The position numbers and the translations under genes were made by a program. From assembly GCA_009914755.4 (NCBI GenBank), contig CP068257.2:27168001-27232000 (forward strand): a stretch of 64,000 nt of DNA, written 5' to 3'. This document shows positions 30,696 to 47,555 of this stretch, piece after piece (the first letter of the stretch is position 1; each line of letters opens with the position of its first letter). The notes beneath the pieces were generated by a model. The model saw nothing but the letters and a program-made list of their open reading frames with translations. It was not told where the DNA came from and did not search any database. The DNA is from the human T2T-CHM13v2.0 reference genome, Homo sapiens.

Positions 30696-31046
30696 TTGAC
30701 AGAGCCTACCCAAATGAGAAGGAACCAGAAAACCAACCCAGGTAATACTACAAAACAAGGCTCTTCAACACCCCCAAAAAACCACATTAGTTCACCAGCA
30801 ATGGATCCAAACCAAGAAGAAATCCCTGATTTACCTGAAAAAGAATTCAGGAGGTTAGTTATTAAGCTAATAAGGGAGGGACCAGAGAAAGGCAAAGTTC
30901 AATGCAAGGAAATCCAAAAAATGATACAGGAAGTAAAGGGAGAAATATTCAAGGAAATAGACGGCTTAAAGAAAAACAATCAAAAATTCAGGAAATTTTG
31001 GACCACTTTTAGAAATGCAAAATGCTGTGGAAAATCTCAGCAATAG
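30696..31046 (+). pseudogene. L1 ORF1 N-terminal remnant (ORF1p-like, interrupted downstream)
   Basis: 116 aa ORF whose sequence matches L1 ORF1p of the L1PB/L1MA type (SSPAMDPNQEEIPDLPEKEFRR...KEIQKMIQEVKGE). Confidence 0.8.
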
Positions 31047-33436
31047 AATTGAACAAGTAGAAGAAAGAAATTCAGAGCTCAATGACATGGTCGTCAAATT
31101 AACCCAGTCCAACAAAGACAAAGAAAAAAAAAATGAGAAAATATGAACAAAGCCTCCAAGAAGTCTGGGATTATGCTAAACAACCAAACGTAATAATCAG
31201 TGTTCTTGAGAAAAAAGACAATTCTAAAAGCTTGGGAAACATATTTTGGGGAATAATTGAGGAAAACTTCCTCAGCCTTGCTAGAGACATAGACATGTAA
31301 ATACAAGAAGCACAAAGAACACCTGGGAAATTCATCGCAAAAAGATCTTCACCTAGGCACATTGTCATCAGCTTATCCAAAGTTAAGACGAAGGAAAGAA
31401 TCTTAAGAGCTGTGAGACAGAAGCACTAGGTAACCTAGCAAGCAAAACCTATCAGATTAACAGCAGATTTCTCAACAGAAACCCTACAAGCTAGAAGGGA
31501 TTGGGGCCCTATCTTCAGCCTCCTCAAACAAAACAATTATTAGCCAAGAATTCTGTATCCAGAAAAACTAAGCATCATATATGAAGGAAAGATAGTCTTT
31601 TTTAGACAAACAAATGCTAAGAGAATTCGCCATTACCAAGCCACCACTACAAGAACTGCTAAAAGGAGCTCTAAATCTTGAAAAAAAATCCTGGAGGAAA
31701 CACATCAAAACAGAACCTTTTTAAAGCATAAATCACACAGGACCTATAAAACAAAAATACAAGCTAAAAAGCAAAAACAAAAAACAAAAACAAAGTATAC
31801 AGGCAACAAAGAGCACAATGAATGCAATGGTACCTCACATTTCAATACTAACATTGAATGTAAATGATGTAAATGCTCCACTTAAAAGATACTGAACCAC
31901 AGAATGGATAAGAACTCACCAACCAACCATCTGCTGCCTTCAGGGGACTCAGCTAACACATAAGGACTCACATAAACTTAAAGTAAAGCGGTTAAAAAAA
32001 AAAAGGCATTTCATGCAAATGGAAACCAAAAGTAAGCAGGTGTAAATATTCTTACATCAGACAAAACAAACTTTAAAGTAACAGCAGTTAAAAGAGACAA
32101 AGAGAAACATTATATAATGGTAAAAGGCCTTGTCCAACAGGAAAATATCACAATCCTAAACCCTAAATACCACAATCATAAATCTGAAAATATATGCACC
32201 TAACACTGGAGCTCTGAAATTTATAAAACAATTACTAATAGACCTAAGAAATGAGATAGACAGCAACACAATAATAGTGGGGGACGTCAGCATTCCACTG
32301 ACAGCACTAGACAGCTCATTAAGACAGAAAGTCAACAAAGAAACAATGGATTTAAACTATACTTTGGAACAAATGGACTTAACAGATATATACGGAACAG
32401 TTCATCCAACAACTGCAGAATACACATTCTATTCAACAACACATAGAACTTTCTCCAAGACAGACCATATAATAGGTCATAAAATGAGCCTTAATAAATT
32501 TAAGAAAATTAAAATTATATCAAGCACTCTCTCAGACAACACTGGAATAAAACTGGAAATCAACTCCAAAAGGAATCTTCAAAGCCAGCAAACACATGGA
32601 AATTAAATAGCCTGCTCCTTAATGAGCAATGGGTCAAAAATGATATTAAGATGGAAATTTAAAAATTCTTTGAACTGAATGACAATAATGATACCACTTA
32701 TCAAAACCTCTGGGATACAGCAAAGGCAGTGCTGAGTGGAAAGTTCACATCCCTAAACACGTACATCAAAAAGACTGAAAGAGCACAAACTGACACTCTA
32801 AGGTCACACCTAAAGAAACTAGAGAAACAGAACAAACCAAACTCAAACCCAGCAAAGAAAGGAAATAACCAAGATCAGAGCAGAACTAAAGGAAACTGAA
32901 ACAAAAAAAATACAAAAGATAAATGAACAAAAAGCTGGCTCTTTGAAAAGATAAATAAAATTGATAGACTATTAGCAAGATTAACCAAGAAAAGAAGAAA
33001 GAAAATCCAAATAACCTCACTAAGAAATAAAACAGGAGATATTACAACTGACATCACTGAAATATAAAAGATAGTTCAAGGCCACTATGAACACCTTTAC
33101 ACACATAAACTAGAAAACCCAGAATAGATGCATACATTTCTGGAAAAACAAAACCCTCCTAGCTTAAATTAGGAAGAATTAGATACCCTGAACAAAACAA
33201 TAACAAGCAGCGAGATTGAAATGGCAATTTTAAAACTGCCAACAAAAAAATAGCCCAGGACCTGACAGATTCACAGCAGAATTCTACCAGACATTTAAAG
33301 AAAAATTGGTACCAATCCTTTTGACACTATTTCACAAGATAAAGAAAGAAGGAACCATCCCTAATTTGTTCTATAAAGGCAGCATTACCCTAATGCCAAA
33401 ACCAGGAAAGGACATAACCAAAAAAGAAAACTACAG

Positions 33437-33836
<400 letters not shown>

Positions 33837-33839
33837 CTA

Positions 33840-34226
<387 letters not shown>

Positions 34227-36166
34227 TCAGGGATGGTTTAACATATGTGAGTCAATAAATGTGATACAACAGATAAACAGAATTAAAAACGAAAATCACA
34301 TGATCATTTCAATAGATGCAGAAAAAGCATTCAACAACATCTAGCATCCCTTTATAGTTAAAACTCTCAACAAAATCAGCATACAAGGGACATACCTTAA
34401 TGTAATAAAAGCCATCTACAACAAACTCACAGCCAACTTAATACTGAATGGTAAAAGTTGAAAGCATTCCCTCTGAGAACAGGAACAAGGCAAGGATGCC
34501 CACTCTCACCACTCCTCTTCAACATAGTACTGGATGTCCTGACCAGAGCCATCAGACAAGAGAAAGAAATAAAGCGCATTCAAATCAGTAAAGAGGAAGT
34601 CAAACTGTCACTGATTGCTAACAATATGATTGATTACCTTGAAAACCCTAAGGACTCCTCCAGAAAGCTCCTAGAACTGATAAAAGAATTCAGCAAAGTT
34701 TCCAGATACAAGATTAATGTACACAAATCAGTGGCTCTTCCATACACCAAGAGCAACCAAGCAGACAATCAAATCAAGAACACAACCCCTTTTACAATAG
34801 CTGCAAAAATAAAATACTTAGGAATATACTAACAAAGGAGTCAAAAGACCTCTACAAGGAAAACTATAAAACACTGCTGAAAGAAATCATAGACAACATC
34901 AACAAATGGAAACATATCCCATGCTCATGGATAGGCAGAATCAATATTGTGAAAATGACCATACTGCCAAGAGCAATCTACAAATTCAATGCAATCCCCA
35001 TCAAAATACCACCACCATTCTTCACAGAATTAGAAAAACAATTCCAAAATTCATACAGAACGAAAAAAGAGCCTGCAGAGCCAAAGCAAGACCAAGCAAA
35101 AAGAACAAATCTGGAGGCATCACACTATCTGATTTCAAACTATACTATAAGGCCATAGTTACCAAAACAACATGGTACTGGCACAAAAATAGGCACAAAG
35201 ACCAATGGAACAGAAGAGAGAACCCAGAAATAAACCCAGATACTTACAGCCAAATGATCTTTGACAAAGTAAACAAAAACATAAAGTGGGGAAACGACAT
35301 TCTTTCAACAAATGGTGCTGGGATAATTGCCTAGCCACATGTAGGAGAATTAAACTGGATCCTCATCTCTCACCTTATGCAAAATCAACTTAAGTTGGAT
35401 TAAGTCCTTAAACCTAAGACCTGAAACTATAAAAATTCTAGAAGATAACATTGGAAAAACCCTTCTAGACATTGGCTTAGGCAAGGATTTCATAACCAAG
35501 AACCCAAAAGCAAATGCAATAAAAACAAACATAAATAGCTGGGACCTAATTAAACTAAAGAGCTTTTGCATTGCAAACGGAACAGTCAGCAGAGTAAGCA
35601 GACAACTCACAAGTGGGAGAAAATCTTCACAATCGATACATCTGACAAAGGACTAATATCCAGAATCTACAATGAACTCAAATCACTAAGAAAAACAATC
35701 TTATCAAAAAGTGGGATAAAGACATGAATAGACAATTCTCAAAAGAAGATACACAAATGGCCAACAAACGTGAAAAATGCTCAACATTAATGATCAGGGA
35801 AATGCAAATCAAAACCACAACGCAATACTACCTCACTCCTGCAAGAATGGCCATAATCAAAAAATCAAAAACAGTAGATACTAGAATGGATGCAGTGAAC
35901 AGGGAACATTTCTACACTGTTGGTGGGAATGTAAACTAGTACAGCTGCTATGGAAAACAGTATGGAGATTCCTTAAGGAACTAAAAGTAGAAATACCATT
36001 TGATCCAGCAATCCCACTACTGAGTATCTACCCAGAGGAAAAGAAGTCATTATTCAAAAAAGACACTTGCACAAGCATGTTTATAGCAGCACAATTTACA
36101 ATTGCAAAATCGTGGAACTAACCCAAATGCCCATCAATCAATGGATGGATAAAGACACTGTGATAG

Positions 36167-36641
36167 ATACATATATATATTATATATATAATATATAAAT
36201 AAATATTATATATTATATATAAATAAATATTATATATAAATAAATATTATATATTATATATTATATATATTATATATTATATAATAAATATTATATATAA
36301 TATATAATATATAATTTATATAATTATAATTTATATATAATATATAATATATAAATATATATTATAATATATATATTATATAATATATTATATATATTAT
36401 ATATTATATATATTTATATATATAATATATTATATATAATATATATTATATATTATATATAATATATATTATATATTATATATAATATATAATATATATT
36501 ATATATAAATATATATTATATATATAAATATTATATATTATATAAAATATTATATATAATATATAAAATATTATATATATAATATATATATTATATATAT
36601 AAAATATATATATTATATATAAAATATTATATATAATATAT
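36167..36641. repeat. Complex AT-rich microsatellite (TA)n/(TATATAA)n/(ATATTATAT)n, ~475 bp, expanded inside L1 ORF2 coding sequence
   Basis: Almost pure A/T built from tatata, ataat and tatataa units. The flanks ccatcaatcaatggatggataaagacactgtgatagatacatatat and tatgatggaatactacatagccataaaaatgaatgaa are the L1 ORF2 IYTMEYY region, so the tract was seeded by the L1's own tatatacaca. Confidence 0.9.
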
Positions 36642-38359
36642 ATGATGGAATACTACATAGCCATAAAAATGAATGAATTAACAGCATCTGCAGTGACCTG
36701 GATGAGACTGGAGACTGTTATTCTAAGTGAAGTAACTCAGGAATTGAAAATCAAGCATCGTATGTTCTCACTGATATGTGGGAGCTAAGCTATGAGGACA
36801 CAAAGGCATAAGAATTATACGATGGACTTTAGGGAGTTGCGGGGAAGAGTGGGAGGGGATGAGGGATAAATAACTACAAATATGGTGCAGTGTATACTGC
36901 TCAGGTGCACCAAAATCTCACAAAATCACCACTAAAGAACTTACTCATGTAACCAAATACCACCTGTACCCCAATAATTTATGGAAAAATAAAAAATAAA
37001 AACAAAAACCCTTAGACTCCTAGGCTAGGAGAGCCCTGCTGAAAGACAACATTTCACACTTGTCTCAACTAATTGCTGGAGGAATTAGGCACATTCTGTG
37101 CAACTCCACTGGGAGAGACTCTTGGAAGCTTGAGGCTGCTTTCCTTTGGATTTAGTCACATGTGCCTATTCCCTTTGCTGATTTTGCTGTATATCTTTTC
37201 ACTACGATAAACTGTAACTGTAACTATTACAACTTTTGAGTTCTATGAGTCCTTCTAGAAAGTCACTGAACCTGGGGTGGTCTTAGGGATAGATGCCTGA
37301 CACACTATCCCAAAGGATAATTGTGAAGATTAAACAGCAACATGCATATCAAGCACTTGACATAATGGCTAGCCTAAAGTGTTCCATGGGTGTTATTGGC
37401 ATCATTATTATATATTACATTATTTATTCATATAAAATTATATCTTATTATATCACATGTATAACTACATAACTCAGTTTTCTATACACTATTAATAAAA
37501 GATTGAGATAATTCTTTCTTGTCTTATTTTTCCTTAAACATTTACCTCTCTCACCCTTTGTTGATTTAGCTGTATTTCTACTGAACACATGAACTAATAT
37601 CCTAACTTCTCAGACTATCAACAGATGCCATGAAATAATTGGATGCTTGTTAGCAACTGGCCTGATAGTATTTGATTGTGCTTTCTACTGTTCCTTCCTG
37701 ATGACTCGTAGAGGGTAGACCCAGACGATACCTGGAAATTATTTGCTCATGTGGCAGTCACTGTTGATTGCCTACCCAAAGCCATTACTCCTTCTCCCCA
37801 CCTAACAGAAGCCGAGTTTTGTTCAGCAACAACGTGCCCAGTCACAGAGGATAAATCTTGGCTAGTCTAAGCTAGTGCTAGTAGTCGCATTTCCTTTTGC
37901 CAATGATTTATTTCAGGTGATCATGGGACCTCGTTATGAATGATGAGACAAAGGTAGAATATCCCAGTAAGCAACTGGGAAGATTTCCTCCTCTGATTGT
38001 ATACAGAGAATCAGGTAGATATTAGTTAGGAGGGTCCCTTTGCCTAACTTTGGAGATGGATATGTAAAAACCTGCTGCTAAGTGTGCAGTTGTTATCCCA
38101 AGTCTACAATGGGAGATAGCATCAAATTACTGGAGATGGAAGAATGGGAAGATAGACAGTTTGGTCTTGATAAAATTGTTGAACTGTAACTTTGTAACTA
38201 CTTATATTTAGACTTCCTTTAAATAAGAAAAGTAAATGTTCATTTTGTCTAGTCACTATTGGCTGAGTCTTCTCTTACATGAGACTAATAGTATCCTCAT
38301 GAACTTGAAACACATGTGGTTTCAACACGCGTTTTGTAAAGACAAATTATGCACAGCCC

Positions 38360-38640
38360 TGTATTAGTCCATTTTCACACTGCTATAAAGATAGTACCTG
38401 AGACTAGGCAATTTGTAAAGGAAAAAGGTTTACTTGACTCACAGTTCTGCATGGCTGAGGAGGCCTGAGGAAACTTACAATCATGGCAAAGGCGAAGGGG
38501 AAGAAAGGCAATCATGAGAACTCACTTGCTATCCTAGAACAGCATGGGGGAAACAACCCCCATGATCCAATTACCTCCCACGAGGTCCCTCCCTTGACAT
38601 GTGGTGATTACAATTTGGATTACAATCCAAAACCATATTA
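38360..38640 (-). mobile_element. MaLR (THE1/MST-like) LTR in minus orientation, internally deleted
   Basis: tgtattagtccattttcacactgctataaagatagtacctgagactaggcaatttgtaaaggaaaaaggtttacttgactcacagttctgcatggctgaggaggcctgaggaaacttacaatcatggcaaaggcgaaggg...ccatgatccaattacctcccacgaggtccctcccttgacatgtggtgattacaat is the reverse complement of the THE1/MST LTR consensus. Confidence 0.6.
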
Positions 38641-40961
38641 AGTCCTTATCCGGGAATTCTGAAAAGGTAGCACATGTGCAATTCAAACTTAATGATCTTC
38701 TTCCAAAAAAGACATACTCAGTAATAACAAACTTCAATCAGAACCCAATTATTTTTGCAAAGAAAGGTAGGAAGATAGAACCAGAAAATTCTTTAGTCTT
38801 TTAAAGCATGTCATGGTCTCCTTTCAGCTTAAAGACCTTCTTGATTAAACATGAAATTTTCTGTGCAGATAAGCCAGTTCTGTGGATGTGAAGTCTGAGG
38901 AGTATATTTTATGTTTATAATGTGGATATTACTATTCATGGTTGGGAAATGAGAAATGAACAGTATTTTACATGCCATTATCCTTTGCCAATTTCTCTGA
39001 AGGGCATCCAGCTTCACATAGTAGTAAAATGTGTAATTCAGGACTGGGAAGCCGTATAATATGAAATTAGTGTTTTTAAGAAATTTTAAGGGAATCTGAA
39101 TTTTAAAATGCTCAAAAATAAAACATATATTTATATGCACTATTAGAGCACATTATAAGTGTGACTGTTTTTAAGTCAAAGTTTTAATAATCTATTGCTT
39201 ATTTAGGGATTATATAATACCTACTTCCAATATGTGAAGCAATAAGAGAAATGACAAAGGAATTATATATATATACACATTTAAACGTAATACATATACA
39301 CAAATTTCAAGCATATATATCCTCCATAGTGGTCAATTTGGTAAGCTTTAATTGTTTGAATTTCTCATTAGGAATTTTATTAACAGTCAATACCATCTGA
39401 TTTTAAATATCCTCAACAGTGGCTGATGGTCATTCTTTCAAAGCAGAGAAGCTATCCATCTGCTTTTTTCTCCACTCTTCATATTAGCCTAATTCCATAC
39501 TTCTCTCCCTGACCATGCAATCCTATACAGAAATGTGATGTAAGTCTACATATATAAGTATTATTGTTTATTCTACAAAAAGGGATCCTACAATTTCTAT
39601 ATCTTGTCTCCTCAAACTTTTGTGTGGAATACCTTGTGGAAATCACTACAGGTCAATAGGTATAGCACTAATCATTATTTTTAATGACATTTTTGCCACT
39701 ACAAACACATGGCCTTACATGTGAATATCTTTCTATGGAATAGAGTCCAAGAACTGGAATTGCTGGGCCAAGAAGCACACATATATTTTTAAATTTAATA
39801 GATGTTGGCAAATGGCTTTCCCAAAACCTATAACACCTCATATTTTTCCCAGCCATGAGACTAATCCCTTCCCTAAATCACCACCAGTAGTATTTATTAT
39901 AACTCTTCAATTTTTGTCATCTGATTGATGTAAAATTACACTTTCTTTTACTTTAATTTGCATTTTCCTTATTATAACAAACTTGAGAATCCTTCTATAT
40001 ATTTTTTGGACATATGGATTCATAATTCTTTGCCCATTTTTTAATTGGATTGTGTTACTTTTGGCCAAATGTTCAGCTATTTGAAAAAATCAGTTACAAA
40101 TATTTGTTGAAAATTGAATGTCTGTCTATTGTTTTATTTATGATATCCTTTGTGACATCAAGGTTCAAATATGTCTATCTTTTATAGCTTCTGGAAAAGA
40201 TGCTCTCAGTTCATACATTTTTCTACATTCAATTTTCTAGATCTTCTTGCAAGGCTTTTACAATTTTATTTTGACCATGTAAGCTTCTTAGCCATCTGGA
40301 ATTTATATTTAAAGGTAGAATAAAATGGTGATCCTCTTTTCTTTTCTTCCAGATGGATAATCAATTGTCCAAACATCATTTATCAAACAATTGATTCATT
40401 TCACACTAAAATGAACTACTACTTTGGAAATATATTAAACTCATCTATACTGGCTTCTATTTCTGCAATTTTTATTCCTTTCCCAACCACATGATTATGA
40501 TGCAGTAGTTTTATTATTTATACTAATATCCAGTAAGACAAGACCTCTCACTATTCCCCCTTTGCATATTTTCTTAGCTATTCTGAAGCATTTATTCTTC
40601 AGTATAAACTTTAACCTTCTTTGGCCAATCATACCTCCAAAGAATGCCAATTCTAATTTTACTGCCTTATGTTTATACACTCACTAGGTGTGTGTATTTA
40701 ATGCTTCTCTTCTTAAGTATTTCTATTCAATGTGATATGCCTTTCCATTTGTTCAAATCTTATTTTCTTTCAGTAAGATTTTCTATTTTTCTTTATGCAG
40801 TTTCTTTTCTTGTTTGATTTATTCCTAAGTATTTTATATTTTTCCAATAATTGTAAGTAGAAATTTTTTTCTCACTTCTATTTCTAAGTATTTTGTTAAC
40901 ACAGAGATAAACTAATGCTTTTTAAAAATTTATCTTCTATTCATCTCCTTACCAAATTCTC

Positions 40962-41812
40962 TTTTTTTTCTTTAAAGTTTTTATTTTAAGTTCAAGGGGT
41001 ACGTGTGCAGATTTGTTACATGGGTAAATTGTGTGTCATGGGGGTTTCATGTATAGATAATTTTGTCACCCAGATAGTCAGCATAATACCCAATAGGTAG
41101 TTTTAGAATCCAAACCCTCGTCCCACCCTCTGCCCTCAAGTAGGCCCAGTGTTTATTGTTCCCTTCTTTGTGTCCATATGTACTCAGTGTTTAGCTCCCA
41201 CTTATAAGTGAGAATATGTGGTATTTAGTTTTCTGTCCTTACATTAGTTTGCTTCAGAGAATGGCCTCCAGCTCCATCCATGCTGCTGCAAAGAACATAA
41301 TCTTATTCTTTTTTATGGCCGCACAGTATTCCATGGTGTACATGTGCCACATTTTCTTTATCCAGTCTACCACTGATGGGCGTCTAGGTTGATTCCATGT
41401 CTTTGCTATTGTGAAAAGTGCTGCAATGAACATATGCATTCATGTGCCTTTATGGTAGAAATGATTTCTATTCCTTTGGATATATACCCAGTAATGGGAT
41501 TGCTGGGTCAACTGGTGCTTCTGCTTTAAATTCTTTGAGAAATCTCCACATTGCTTTCCACAATAGCTGAACTAATTTACATTCCCACCAGCAATATATA
41601 AGTGTTCCTTTTCTCTGTAACCTTGCCAGCATCTATTGTTTTTTGACTTTTTAACAATAGCCATTCTAACTAGTATCTTGGAATGGTATCTTGTTGGGGT
41701 TTCAATTCGCATCTCCCTAATGATTAGTAATATTGAGTATTTTTTCATATGTTTGTTGGCCACATGTATGTATTCTTTTAAGAAGTGTCCGTTCATGCCC
41801 TTTGTCAATTTT
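40962..41812 (-). mobile_element. L1 3'-end fragment (minus strand; poly(A) seen as T-run at the left edge)
   Basis: ttttattttaagttcaaggggtacgtgtgcagatttgttacatgggtaaattgtgtgtcatggggg is the reverse complement of the L1 3'UTR. Minus-strand ORF 41254-41439 is MHMFIAALFTIAKTWNQPRRPSVVDWIKKMWHMYTMEYCAAIKKNKIMFFAAAWMELEAIL, the ORF2 C-terminus. Confidence 0.88.
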
Positions 41813-43500
41813 TTTTAACCTTTATTTTAGGTTCAGGGGTACATGTGCAGATTTGGTATATAGGTAAATTGTGTGTTGCAGGAGTTTGGTATACAGATTA
41901 TTTCATAACCCAGTGATAAGCATAGTATCTGATAGGTAATTTTTCAATCCTTGGCCTCCTCCCACCATCTACCCTCAAGTAAGCTCCAGTGTCTGTTGTT
42001 TCCATCTTTGTGTCCATGTGTACTCAATGTTAGCTCCCACTTATAAGCAAGAGTATGTGGCATTTGTTTTTCTGTTCCTGCATTAGTTCGCTTAGAATAA
42101 TGGCCTCCAACTCCATGCATGTTACTGCAAAGAACATTATCTTGTTCTTTTTTATGGCTGTGTAGTATTCTGTGGTATATATGTACCATATTTTCTTCAT
42201 CAGCTCCACCACTGACTGGCATCTAGGTTGATTCCATGTCTTTGCTATTGTGAATAATGCTGTGATGAATATATGTATGCATGTATTTTTAAGGCTAAAC
42301 AATTTATATTACTTTAGGTATATAACCAGGAATGGGATTGGTATTTCTGTTTAAGTTCTTTGAGAAATCTTCAGACCGCTTTCCACGGTGGCTGAATTAA
42401 TTTATATTCCCACCAGCAATGTATAAGCATTCCCTTTTCTCTGCAACCTCACCAGCATCATTTATTTCTTGACATTTAATAATAGCCATTCTGCCTGATG
42501 CAAGATGGCATGTCATCGTGATTTTGATTTGCATTTCCCTAATGATTAGCAATGTTGAGCATATTTTCATATGCGTTTTGGCCATGGTTACATCTTCTTC
42601 TGAAAAGTGTCTGTTCATGTTCTTTATCCACCTTTTAACAAAGTTATTTGCTTTTTGCTTGTTAATTTAATTTCCTTATAAATTCTGGATATTAGATATT
42701 TTTCAGATGCATAGTTTGCAAATATTTTCTCCTATTCAGTAGGTTGTTTGTTTACTCTGTTAATAGTTTCTTTTGCTGTGCAGAAGCTCTTTCATTTAAT
42801 TATGTCCCATTTATCAATTTTTGTTTTTGTTGCAATTGCTTTTGGCATCTTCATCATGAAGACTTTGCCATGGCCAATGTGCAAAATGCTATTTCCTAGA
42901 TTTTCTTCTAGGATTTTTATAGTTTTAGGTTTTACATTTAAGTCTTTAATCCACCTTGACTTGATTTTTGTGTATGGTAAAAGGTAGGAGTCCAGTTTCA
43001 GTTTTCTGTATGTGGCTAGCCAGTTATCCCAGCACCATTTACAGAAGAGAGAGAGTCTTTCCCCATTGCTTGCTACTGTTGACTTTGTCAAAGACCAGAT
43101 AGTCGTAGATGCGAAACTTTATTTCTGGGTTCTCTAACCTGTTCCATTGGTCTGTCTGTATGCTTTTGTACTAGTACCATGCTGTCTCAGTTACTGTAGC
43201 CTTATAGTACAGTTTGAAGTCAGGTAGTGTGATGCCTCCAGCTTTGTTCTTTTTGCTTAGGATTGCTTTGGCTATTCGAGCTCTTTTTTGGTTCCAAATG
43301 AATTTTAGAACAGTCTTTTCCAATTCTGTGGAAAATGTCATTGACAGTTTGACAGGAATAGCATTCATTCTATAAATTGCTTTCAGTATTATGGCCATTT
43401 TAACAATATTGATTCTTCCTATCCATGAGCATGGAATGTTTTTTCATTTGTTCATGTGGTCTCTGATTTCTTTCAGCCATGTTTTGTAATTCTAACTGTA
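41813..43500 (-). mobile_element. Second L1 3' portion (minus strand) abutting the first; 3' part of ORF2 plus 3'UTR
   Basis: Starts with a T-run then aacctttattttaggttcaggggtacatgtgcagatttggtatataggtaaattgtgtg. Minus-strand ORFs 42030-42302, 42397-42618, 42792-43091 and 43171-43398 encode L1 ORF2 segments ([118 protein letters not shown]). The left (3') boundary is approximate. Confidence 0.85.
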
Positions 43501-43929
43501 GAAAATTCTTATTTTTAAATCTAGTAATATTTACTACGGTTTCTTGAATTTTCTAGGCATACAATATTATCAACAAAAAGAGATCATTTGATCTCTTTTT
43601 TGTAAGTTTATATCGGTTTTTTAAATTTTCTTATCTTACTACATTCAGTAGCCCTTCTGAGGTAATGTTAAATAGAATGATAATGAGTGTCCTCCTCTAG
43701 TAACTAATTTAATTAAAATAGTTTTAGCATTTTAAAATTTAAAGAATTTTCTGAATGGCTTTATGTTTTCTAATTTTAATACATTCTCTTTTACTTAGCA
43801 ATGTTATTAGAAACAATTCATTTCTTTCAAACTCCTTTAGGCATCTATTGATAAAACTATAGTTTTCCTTTAATGTGTTGTTATAACAGATTATGTTTAT
43901 AAAATTTCCTAATATTCAACAACTGAAAA

Positions 43930-45905
<1,976 letters not shown>

Positions 45906-46979
45906 TGTGTTAGTCAGGGTTCTCTAGAGGGACAGAACTAATAGGATAGATGTGCATATAAAAGGGAGTTTACTAAGGGGAGTTTATTAACCAGGCCCTT
46001 GTCTTCTCTTCCTCTATCGATTGATTATAGTGAACTCCCCAAGAAGCTATCAGTGCAGGCTGGGGAAGAGAAGGGGAGAGAAGGAAGGGTGGCAGGAGTG
46101 GAGACCATGGGCATTTGAGCCACTTCCTCCTGTAACTTACTTGTGCCCAGATGCATATATACCACTTCCATCTGATAACGGAATGATGCTGTGCACACCC
46201 CACCTATGGCTAGATGGGTCAGAAAACACCCAGTTCTTGATAGGCAGTTCAGGTCGCATGGTGACTTGATGACCCATAATCTAACATTCAGTTTCTACCA
46301 AAGCCCAGTAACAGGCCAAGAACTGTTTCTCAAAAGGAGAGTAGTTATCTGCAGAAGATGGCAGGGCCTTACTCCAAATCCTAGAGGCTGCCACTGTGTT
46401 TCACCTACAGGGGCCTGCCAAAGGCTCCAAACGGCATCCCTATCTGCCACCGACACCTCAAGCACCATTGGATCTGATGGGTCATATGGCCCAAGTGTAA
46501 GAACAGCTTGCACAGCAGCCTGGACCTGTTGCAGAACCTTCTCTTGTTCTGGACCCCACTGAAAAATGGCAGCCTGTCAGGTCACTGGATAAATCGGCCA
46601 GAGTAACACACTTAAATGAGGGATGTGTTGCCTTCAAAATCCAAATAGGCCCACTAGGAGTTGTGCCTTTTTCTTGGTTGTCGGAGGGGCCAAATGCAGC
46701 AACTTATCTTTTACCTTAGAAGGAATATCTCGACAGGCCCCACATCACTGAACCATTAGAAATTTTGCTGAGGTAGAAAGTCCCTAAATTTTAGTTGGAT
46801 TTATTTTCCATCCTCTGGCATGCAAATGTCTCACCAATAAGTCCAGTGTGTTCACTACTTCTCACTCACTGGATCCAATCAGTATAATGTCATCAATGTA
46901 ATAGACCAGTGTTATATCTTATGGAAGGGAAAAGTGATCAAGGTCTCTCCAAATAAGACAATGACACAAAGTCAGAGAG

Positions 46980-47549
46980 CTAATACACCCTGATGTAGGA
47001 CAGTAAAGGTATACTGCTAGCCTTGCCAGCTGAAGGGAAATTGCTTCTGGTTGGCCTTATGGACAGGAATGGAGAAAAAGTTATTTGCCAAGTACCTGGT
47101 ACATACCAGGTACCAGGAGATGTGTTAATTTGCTCAAGCAATGAAACCACATCTGGTACAGCAGCTGCACTTGTAGTCACCTCTTAGTTAAGCTTACGAT
47201 AATCCACTATCATTGTCCAAGATCCATCTGTCTTCTGTACAGTCCAAACGGGAGAGTTGAAAGGGGATGTGGTGGCGATCACCATCCCTGCATCTTTCAA
47301 GTACTTGATGGTGGCACTAATCTCTGCAATCCCTCCAGGGATGAGATATTGTTTTTGATTTACTATTTTTCTAGGTAGAGGCAGCTCTAATGACTTCCAT
47401 TTGACCTTTTCCACCATAATAGCCCTCACCCTATCAGTCAGGGAGCCAATGTGTGGGTTCTGCCAGCTGCTAAGTATGTCTATGCCAATTATGCATTCTG
47501 GCACCGGGGAAGTGACCACAGGATGAGTCCCGGGACACACTGGACCCAC
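46980..47549 (-). pseudogene. ERV reverse transcriptase N-terminal remnant
   Basis: ...[15 protein letters not shown] is followed in the next ORF by VPDVVSLLEQI..PGTWY..., fitting the RT finger region (VDYRKLN; PNLLSLL...WYTVLDL). Confidence 0.5.
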
Positions 47550-47555
47550 TTTAAG

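Noticed and set aside
46191-46562. 123 aa plus-strand ORF rich in Cys, Arg and Thr.
   Set aside because: It is antisense to the degraded ERV reverse-transcriptase region of the minus-strand provirus, so it is spurious.
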